Of a stretch of DNA of 64,000 bases, positions 54,070 through 64,000 are shown piece after piece. Numbering within the stretch: position 1 is the first letter of the stretch; each line of letters starts with the position of its first letter. The notes under the pieces were generated by a model that was not told where the DNA came from, searched no databases, and saw only the letters and a list, made by a program, of their open reading frames with translations. The stretch lies in the NCBI GenBank assembly GCA_964016885.1, contig OZ024750.1:52762001-52826000 (forward strand). The letters are read 5' to 3'. Position numbers and translations under genes: made by a program. Source of the DNA: Eledone cirrhosa. Its lineage: Eukaryota.

Positions 54070-56329
54070 AGTGTTCAGGATTGCTAGGCAATGCGTCAAG
54101 GAAAACCGTGATATTGTCGGGGAGAAGTGTGTACTAAACGACGATGGCACACTTGCCATCACCGACGCTGATAAGAAGGTAGCTTGGAAGTGTCACTATG
54201 AAAGGCTTCTAAATGAGGAGAATAATTGGGAGAAAGGCAGTCTCCCCCATATCGACCCAATAGAGGGACCAGCAGTGTTAGTCGAGGGGAGTATAATAAG
54301 TAAGGCAATCAAGGATATGAAGACTGGTAAGGCGGCTGGGCCTTCGGAAATAGTTGCTGAGATGCTGAAGGCATCTGGCACGGTGGGACACACCATGGTC
54401 ACCCGCATAGTTAACCAAGTCGTACAAAACGGGGTTGTTCCGAAGGACTGGCATAGCAGCATCATCGTTAACTGTTATAAGGGTAAAGGAGACGCCCTAG
54501 ATAGGAGTAACTATAGAGGCATTAAATTAATCGACCAGGTCATGAAGGTCACGGAAAGAGTAATAGCGCAGCTAATCAGAGAGAGAATTGACCTAGATGA
54601 AATGCAGTTCGGGTTTGTGTCAGGCAAAAGTACCACAGACGCTCTTTTCATAGTACGACAACTACAAGAGAAGTACCTAGCTAAAGGTAAACCCCTCTAC
54701 TTAGCTTTTGTCGACTTGGAGAAAGCCTTCGACAGAGTCCCCCGCTCCATTATCTGGTGGGCTCTTAGAAAACTAGGCGTTGACGAATGGCTTGTGAGGG
54801 CTATACAAGCCATGTATAAAGAAACAGTCAGCAAGGTTAGAATTAACAACGAATATAGTGAAGAGTTTAGCGTAAAAGTCGGCGTCCATCAGGGCTCTGT
54901 TCTCAGTCCACTACTATTTATTATTGCCCTTCAGGCCATAACAGAGGAGTTCAAGACAGGCTGCCCATGGGAACTCCTATACGCAGACGACCTGACACTC
55001 ATAGCGGAATCAATGGCCGAGCTAGAGAAGAAATTCCAAACATGGAAGCACGGCCTAGAGTCAAAAGGACTTAAAATTAACCTGGCTAAGACCAAAGTAC
55101 TAGTTTGTAGGAAAGAAAACAAGGCGGCGGTCCCTTCTGGGAAATGGTCGTGCTCGGTGTGTAGGAAAGGCGTAGGTAGAAACTCCATTTTATGTCCTAA
55201 ATGCAAAGTATGGGTGCATAAAAGATGTAGTGGGATCACAGGTAGGCTAACTAAGAACATAGATTTTACATGTGGCCGGTGCTCTGGTGCAATAAGTAGC
55301 AGCAAGTGCCCACAAACTACTAGCTCTTTCAATTGCGCAGAGGGTTCTATAGAAATAGTGGACAGCTTCCGTTACCTGGGCGATAAAATCAGCAGTGGGG
55401 GAGGGTGCTCTGAAAGTACTGTAGCTAGAGTCAGAACTGGTTGGAAAAAGTTCAGAGAGCTTATACCACTATTAGCTGCTAAAGGGTTCTCACTAAAAAT
55501 GAAAGGCAGGTTGTACGATGCCTGCATACGAACAGCAATGCTGCATGGCAGTGAGACCTGGGCATTGTGTGCAGAGGATATACGCAGACTACAGAGGAAC
55601 GAAGCTTGCATGCTCCGCTGGATGTGTAACAGTAATATACGTGAACGGCAAAGCATAAACGAACTAAGGAATAAATTAGAGATAAGAGGGATCAGATGTT
55701 GTTTACTCGAGAGAAGGCTACGTTGGTATGGACACGTGATGCGCATGAAAGTCGATAGCTGTATAACAAAGTGCAGGGCAATAAAGATAGACGGTAGTCA
55801 CGGAATAGGCAGACCTAGAAAAACCTGGGACGAGCTGATAAACTCCGACATCACACACTTACACCTCTCCAAGACAATGTCACTGGACCGAGACCTTTGG
55901 CGGTACTCAGTAACAGAGAAGACCCGCCTTACCTAAATATATAGTAAAACCTACTCCAGCCAGTAGGCATCTCTAACAAATACACCCCGTCCCACCACCC
56001 CCACCCGATCCACACCCCCCCGTTCTATGTAAAGTTATGTTGGTGCCGCGCCATCGAGGCCGAAACAAATGAGATCGTGTAGGTGTCACGACAAAAAAAC
56101 ACACAGTCCACGCTGTAATGTGGCCGTGTAGGCAACACGGTAAAAACCTCCCAGACCCACACTGTAAATGTGGTTGGTGTTAGGAAGGGCATCCAACTGT
56201 AGAAAACCTGCCAGACAGTCCTATGCGAGCAAGACAATCACTCTTGCCTCAAGTGGGACTACCCCCGTCCAAACCCATGCAAGCGTGGAACACGGACGTT
56301 AAACGCTGATGATGATGATGATGATGATG

Positions 56330-56331
<2 letters not shown>
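54070..56331 (+). mobile_element. Young 5'-truncated RTE LINE with an uninterrupted 621-codon RT reading frame
   Basis: NYRGIKL, FVDLEKAFDRVP, GVHQGSVLSP, LLYADD and a C4HC3 finger, followed by the 3' UTR and (GAT)n tail. The endonuclease is missing. Confidence 0.95.
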
Positions 56332-56360
<29 letters not shown>

Positions 56361-56387
56361 CATATGCATATACATATATATACATAC

Positions 56388-56435
<48 letters not shown>

Positions 56436-56647
56436 GCATATGCATATACATATATATACATACAAATATATTTATATATAAATATATACATATACACACA
56501 TACATATGCATATACATGTATATACATACATACATATATATATATATATACACACATACATATGCATATACATATATATACATACATATATATATACACA
56601 CATACATATGCATATACATATATATACATACATATATATATACACAC

Positions 56648-57070
56648 ATCATCATCATCATCATCATCATCAACGTTTAACGTCCGTGTTCCACGCTTGC
56701 ATGGGTTTGGACGGGGGTAGTCCCACTTGAGGCAAGAGTGATTGTCTTGCTCGCATAGGACTGTCTGGCAGGTTTTCTACAGTTGGATGCCCTTCCTAAC
56801 ACCAACCACATTTACAGTGTGGGTCTGGGAGGTTTTTACCGTGTTGCCTACACGGCCACATTACAGCGTGGACTGTGTGTTTTTTTGTCGTGACACCTAC
56901 ACGATCTCATTTGTTTCGGCCTCGATGGCGCGGCACCAACATAACTTTACATAGAACGGGGTGGTGTGGATCGGGTGGGGGTGGGGGTGGTGGGACGGGG
57001 TGTATTTTGTTAGAGATGCCTACTGGCTGGAGTAGGTTTTACTATATATTTAGGTAAGGCGGGTCTTCTC
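56648..57070 (-). mobile_element. RTE 3' end, inverted near-identical copy of ~55916-56331
   Basis: Shares the variants GCCGCGCCATCGAGGCCG and AAATATATAGTAAAACC with the adjacent copy. Confidence 0.9.
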
Positions 57071-57104
57071 TTACCTAAATACATACATATGCATATACAT
57101 ATAT

Positions 57105-57153
<49 letters not shown>

Positions 57154-57488
57154 TACATATGCATATATATACATACATATGTATATATATATATACACAC
57201 ATACTTATGCATATACATATATATACATACATATGTATATATATATACACACATACATATGCATATACATATAATATATATATATATACACATCATTTTA
57301 TTTCCCCTTCTCCCTGCTTGCAAGGGTGGGACGGGAACTGATTCTGGCTTGATTTCTACAGCTGGATGCCCTTCCTAACACCAACCTCATTTACAGTGAG
57401 TGCTGGGTGCTTTTTTGCCATGGCACCTCCACGACCACTTTACAGTGGAATGATATATACATACACATACATATGTATACATATATAT

Positions 57489-58445
57489 ACTAGACATGAA
57501 AAATGCGCAAGCTCAAAAGTGCCACAGAATGTTATAATAAACCTTCAAAAGTGTGGGACTAGAGTTGTTGCTAAAAAATATTGTAATCATTATATATCGT
57601 ACATTCTGTGGCATCCTTTATAAAAATAGCTTAAACCAACGAAGCCTTTATTTTTACGCTATTTCACTTAGTTAATTCTTAGAGTGTAACATATAAAAAT
57701 ATGATTTACAACTATAAAATAAATTAATTAATATAATAACAGAGCTGCGGAGCTGAAATTTAGGAAATAATGGAGTATCGGATCCTGAGTTGGAGCCAGT
57801 CAATTTTTGACCGACTCCGCAGCCCTGTATAATACATTTCATATTAAAGTTATTAATAAACCTATTTTACACTTCATGCAAATTACCACGAGATATTGAT
57901 AGTAGATATAAGATACAGCGCAATATCTACAGCTGTAAAAGTACGAAAGCGAAGTAATAATAAGTGGCTTAAGGTAATTCCAATATGAAAGTTTGTAGTG
58001 ATAAAAATTTGATAATGCAATACGATTGTTAATATTATAGTTCTATGAAAATGTAACAATAGATAACTAAATTATTTTACTATTAGTATATTTAAGAAAT
58101 TATCATTATAGATTTGATCGTTCATATAAGCATCATATTAAGTTTCAACACAATTATTTTGTTACTATGAGTATATGATAATAATATTACGTAATTATTT
58201 ATAGCTGTTATTACATTAAACATAGATGTATTTATTTTTATATGTTACACTCTAAGAATTAACTAAGTGAAATAGCGTAAAAATAAAGGCTTCGTTGGTT
58301 TAAGCTATTTTTATAAAGGATGCCACAGAATGTACGATATATAATGATTACAATATTTTTTAGCAACAACTCTAGTCCCACACTTTTGAAGGTTTATTAT
58401 AACATTCTGTGGCACTTTTGAGCTTGCGCATTTTTCATGTCTAGT
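57489..58445. mobile_element. Non-autonomous foldback/MITE-like element with perfect 213-bp TIRs
   Basis: 57489-57701 is the reverse complement of 58233-58445; the interior is AT-rich and non-coding. Confidence 0.85.
57740..57827. mobile_element. 88-bp hAT-type MITE nested in the foldback element
   Basis: TIR CAGAGCTGCGGAG / CTCCGCAGCCCTG; 8-bp TSD TATAATAA / TATAATAC. Confidence 0.7.
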
Positions 58446-59562
58446 TTAATATTTTTTTAAGGCAACGCTTGTAATAACTCTAGTTAAACAGGATATATAT
58501 TAATAATAAATTATCGTTGTAATGTAATTAGATTATGTAATTGTTATTATAAATTATCTTATAAATATTAGTGTAAGATGTATAAAAATATTTTCAGACT
58601 TTTAATATAAACAACTACAAAAAACAATCAATATTAAATCAATATATTATACATAATAGAAAACATAAAATATACAATACAAAAACAAAATATTTACATA
58701 CATTTGCAATTATCAGTGTATATACATTTTCTTTATATTCCCTGAGCAAATTAATAAGATTTTTTTTTATTGTACATAATTTGATGACTTGTTGGAGTGT
58801 ATTAAAAGATAGCAACAATTTGTGATTAAATTGTTATCTTAAGCAACTCACTTTTTAATAGTTGTTGGCTGAGCGAAATTGTAAAAGCCTATGAGCAAAT
58901 ATAAAAAAAAATACACAAACAACATTTCCTTGTGTTATTACAACATTAGATAAAATAATTGAGCAATGTCGTTATATTTTGCTCTTATTGCACATTAATA
59001 GTGTTTCTATTTTTCGGCACAAATCCATTACGGCAGTCCATTACTGGTACTTTATTTTATCGAATTAGTAAGTATGAAAGTCGAAGTTAACCTCGGCAGG
59101 ATTTGAACTTAGAATGCAAAGGACCATAACAATACTGCAAAGCATGGTGTCTGACGCTCTACCAATACTTGTGTTGAGCTGGTCATTAATTTATGGTGGT
59201 CGTGCGTGAAGTAGAGCAATCGCTAGTTGAAATATTATGAACAAAACATTTTTATTTGCCGAAGAACATATTTTCAATACTGTTTGTGAATGTGACGAAG
59301 GAAATACATTCTGATATGGAACAGTGTACAAAGTGTGTCTGTGAATAACATAATGTTACCTCATGTTGTTGTCAAGACATAATGGATTTCGTTTATCCAG
59401 TTAGAAGATGAAACCTAGCCATCTCGGATTAGTTATATTTCATGCCATGTGTAAACGTGTTTGAGGATAGCAAAATATGCGCGTTAATTATAATAATTAG
59501 TTAATAATATTACAAAATATACCTAATTAAACTCTTTGCTTGAAATTTTATCATTCTTCGTT

Positions 59563-59688
<126 letters not shown>

Positions 59689-59912
59689 TCTAGTCCTTCG
59701 CTCAAGATTAATCTATAAGTTTAGATGTTTGCCTTCGTTTAAGTAAATATTACAGTAAGATTTTTAATATAAACAACTGCAAAAAACAATTAATATTAAA
59801 ACGAAAAAATTATCAATGATAAAAGAAGCGGATGCAACTTTTTTTTTTATAAAGTTATATTCCTGTTTCTTTAAAGAACATTTCATTTTTGTTCTATTGT
59901 AGGCGAAATAAT

Positions 59913-60098
59913 TGTTTCTACTTTAGGCACAAGGCCAGCAAATTACCCAGTACATTACTGGTACTTTATTTTATCGACCCCGTAAGGATGAAAGGCAAAG
60001 TTAACCTCGGCGGGATTTGAACTCAGACTGTAAAGGGACGTACCTATGCTAGAAAGCATGGCGTCCAACCCTCTACCGATACTGCCAATTCACCGCCC
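59913..60098 (-). mobile_element. SINE of the 9851-10064 family
   Basis: Perfect 15-bp TSD TGTAGGCGAAATAAT (59898-59912 and 60099-60113). Confidence 0.85.
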
Positions 60099-61304
60099 TG
60101 TAGGCGAAATAATGCAATGGTTTAATAGGGAAGATATAACTTACGAATTATGTCTCTAACCGTGTAACGCTTTTTAAGTAGATAACTACAATTGAAAATA
60201 CTAAAGAAATGGAACCAACAATTCAATTTGAAAGTCGTCTAGTGACAGTGTATTACTGGTACTTTATTTTATCGACCCCGTAACGATGAAAGGCAAAAAT
60301 GCAAATGCTTAAAATTTAAATTGCCTTAATTCTATCGTCTGCTGTTTCATTAAAGGGAGATTATCGTCTGTATTTAATTCTATCGTCTACTGTTCCACTA
60401 AACAGATATACCTCCACTATCGTCTCTATTTATACATTTTAACTTATAACTTATACACATTTGATTTGAAATATTTTATCTAGTCCCCCCTCTCAATATT
60501 ATGATGATTTCTTTCGAATGAAACAGTTCTAGTCCTGTAGAAGCCATTTATATATATAATTGAACTGAGTTAAAAATTCACAATATTTATAATTAAATAA
60601 GCTCATATATATATGTGTGTATTTATCTGTTTATTGTATTATATATAATGTGTGTATATACAGGATGTCCCCCAAAAATATATACACACTTCAACAGCAT
60701 TCTAATAACTATTGCCTGTACAGGTAATCAAAGTGTCAATCGAATGTTAGTTTCGTGTTTTAACAGTACAAATTTACAATACACACATAAAACCAGTGTA
60801 TATACATACATGAGTGTGTATACACATACATGAATGTGTATATACAATATATATGTATATATATATATAGACACATGTATTCACGGTGCAACGGTACATT
60901 AAAATATAGATGCGGGAGAGGGGGTGTATATATAGGGGCGCTGGGGATAAAGGAGTGTAAAGCGTGTGTAATTGATATATTGAAGGAGAGGAGCGTGCAG
61001 CGATAGAGTAACAAATATATAGAGAGGGGGAGAGATGGTATTGAAGGGGAGGAGTGCAAAGCGAAAGAGTAAGAGATATAAATAGAGACGGAACAGATAG
61101 AGAGAAACAGGCGTAAGTAACAGTGGAAGAGATATAGAGAGAGGTACTCTGATTGGTTGAAAATTAGCCAATGACATACGATCACCACCACGGCTATCCC
61201 CGAAAAATTTTTAAAGAAGCTAGGCATATATGTTAGAACACGAAAAGTGAACATTCTGTGTTTCACACTTTTCGTGTTCTAACAGATACATATATATATA
61301 TATA

Positions 61305-63842
61305 GACTTAAAAAAACGAGACAATCACTTGATCACCTACAGATCAGGGGAACACACAAGCCAGGTATATTATATCCTTACCAGAAGACGTGACAGAGTG
61401 TCTGTTGTAAACACTAAATCCCTCCCCCATGAAGAATGCACGTCCCAACATAGACTGATAATTAGCGACCTAATAGTCAGGACGAGACGTACTCGACAGC
61501 AGAAGAGGACTATCCTCAGGAGGAAAATATGGAAGCTAAAGGACACCACAGCCAGGAATAAATTTAAAAGCATATTACTTGATGCTTTCGACAGTAAGGA
61601 AGAACATTTAGAGTCGGACAATATAGAGGAACAGTGGGAATTCCTGAAAGCAAACCTGCTGATGGCGGCAGACGAAGTCTGTGGCTGGAGCAGGCCTATA
61701 GGCAGGAGGAGAGTAACATGGTGGTGGAACAGTAAGGTGGAGGAGTCAATTAAGGCCAAAAAGCAGGCTTGGAAAGTATGGCGGGATGGGGGAAGTAGAG
61801 AAGACTATCGAGTGGCCAGGAGGGAAGCTAGGAGTACTTCGCAAGAAGGGAAGCAGAGAAAAGAAAGTTCAAGCATGTTCTACAACGCGAGGACCAAAAA
61901 CGTGAGGTGTTCAGGATTGCTAGGCAATGTGTCAAGGAAAACCGTGATATTGTCGGGGAGAAGTGTGTACTTAATGATGATGGTGTACTTGCCATCACTG
62001 ATGCTGATAAGAAGGTAGCTTGGAAGTGTCACTACGAAAGGCTACTAAATGAGGAGAATAAATGGGAGAAAGACAGTCTCCCCCACATCGACCCAATAGA
62101 GGGACCAGCAGTGTTAGTCGAAGGTAGTATAATAAATAAGGCAATCAAAGACATGAAGACGGGTAAGGCAGATGGGCCTTCGGAAATAGTTGCTGAAATG
62201 CTGAAAGCTTCTGGAACGGTGGGACACACCATGGTCACCCGGATAGTAAACCAAGTCATACAGAATGGGGTTGTTCCGAAGGATTGGCGTAGCAGCATCA
62301 TCATTAATTGCTATAAGCGTAAAGGAGATGCCCTAGATAGGAGTAACTATAGAGGCATTAAATTAATCGACCAGGACATGAAGGTCACAGAAAAAGTAAT
62401 AGCGCAATTAATCAGAGAGAGAATTGATCTAGATGAAATGCAGTTTGGGTTTGTGTCAGGTAAAAGTACCACAGACGCTCTTTTCATTGTACGAAAACTA
62501 CAGGAGAAGTACCTAGCTAAAAGTAAACCCCTATACTTAGCTTTTGTCGACTTGGAGAAAGCCTTCGACAAAGTCCCCCGTTCCATTATCTGGTGGGCTC
62601 CTAGAAAACTAGGTGTTGATGAATGGCTTGTGAGAGCTACACAAGCCATGTATAAAGAAACAGTCAGTAAGGTTAGAATTAACAACGAATATAGTGAAGA
62701 GTTTAGCATAAAAGTTGGTGTTCATCAGGGCTCCGTTCTTAGCCCCCTACTATTTATTATTGCCCTTCAGGCTATAACAGTGGAGTTCAAGACCGGCTGC
62801 CTATACGCAGATGATCTAACGCTCATAGCTGAATCAATGGCCGAACTAGAGAAGAAATTCCAAACATGGAAGCATGGCCTAGAATCAAAAGGCCTTAAAA
62901 TTAACCTGTCTAAGACTAAAGTTCTAGTTTGTAGGAAGGAAAATAGGGCGCCGGTCCCATCCGGGAAATGGCCATGCTCAGTGTGTAGGAAAGGAGTAGG
63001 TAGAAACTCCATTTTATGTCCCAAATGCAAAGTATGGGTGCATAAAAGATGTAGTGGGATCACAGGTAAGCTAACTAAGAACATAGATTTTATATGTGGC
63101 CGGTGCTCTGGTGCAATAAGTAGCAGCAAGTGCCCACAGAATACTAGCTCATTCCATTGCACAGATGGTTCTATAGAAATAGTGGACTGCTTCCGTTACC
63201 TGGGTGACAAAATCAGCAGTGGGGGAGGGTGCTCTGAAAGTGTAGTAGCCAGAGTTAGAACAGGATGGAAAAAGACGATAGCTGTATAAAAAAAGTGCAG
63301 GGCAGTAAAAATAGACGGTAGCCACGGAGTAGGCAGACCCAGAAAACCTGGGACGACTTGATAAATTCCCACCTCACACACTTACACCTTTCCAAGACAA
63401 TGTCACCGGACCGAGATCTTTGGCGCTACACAGTAATAGAGAAGACCCGCCTTACCTAAGTACAAAGTGAAACCTACTACAGTTAGTAGGCACCTCTAAC
63501 AAAATACACTCCCGTCCCACTACCCCCACCCTATCCACACCACCCCTTTCAATGTAAAGTTATGTTGGTACCACAACATCCAGCCCGAAACAAATGAGGT
63601 CGTGTAGATGTCACGACAAAAAAACACACAGTCCACACTGTAATGTGGCCGTGTAGGTAACACGGTAAAAACCTCCCAGTTCCATACTGTAAATGTGGTT
63701 GGTGTTAGGAAGGGCATCCAGCCGTAGAAAACCCGCCAAACAGTCCTATGCGAGCAAGACAACCACTCTTGCCTCAAGTGGGAAAACTCCCGTCCAAACC
63801 CATGCAAGCGTGGAATATGGACGTTAAATGATGATGATGATA
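61305..63842 (+). mobile_element. RTE LINE (APE C-terminus + RT), frameshifted with internal deletions
   Basis: SQHRLIISD (APE end) and RT motifs as in 54071-55936; about 300 bp deleted after GWKK; 3' UTR and (GAT)n tail present. Confidence 0.93.
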
Positions 63843-64000
63843 TGTATGTATATATATATATTAATAAAAGGAATTCCAACTTACTCGTTTTATTTACAAT
63901 CCTTTAAAATTATAATGATATTATAATGAAATAGTATAGTAGAATATTAAGTGGTAGAATATGGTAGAATATTAAGTCAAGTTTGCAATTTTCATTGACT

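Noticed and set aside
61148-61175. Paired CCAAT boxes as a possible LSM5 promoter
   Set aside because: No first exon found nearby, and the boxes lie in what looks like a repeat.

Overview
Eukaryotic, very repeat-rich genomic DNA. The SINE/LINE repertoire and microsatellite load point to a cephalopod, most likely Octopus (inference). The only host gene I can support is LSM5 on the minus strand: a 96-bp exon (34447-34542) and a 28-bp micro-exon (28384-28411), separated by a ~6-kb intron with minor-spliceosome (U12-type) signals. I did not find its other exons by eye. The rest is transposons and tandem repeats: many RTE-clade LINE copies (one family has a PHD-type finger after the RT, another ends in three C2H2 fingers), tRNA-derived SINEs, a decayed Penelope-like element, a full-length Buster-type hAT element plus MITEs, a Helitron 3' end, a 213-bp-TIR foldback element, and long micro- and minisatellites. 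The most striking signal not visible in the ORF track is a set of about ten minimal type I hammerhead-ribozyme-like motifs (CUGANGA...GAAA). Two well-formed copies point outward from the arms of a near-perfect 335-bp palindrome (9067-9401). Most ORFs in the supplied track are microsatellite or antisense artefacts. All coordinates were read by eye, and repeat boundaries are approximate unless a TSD or TIR is given.
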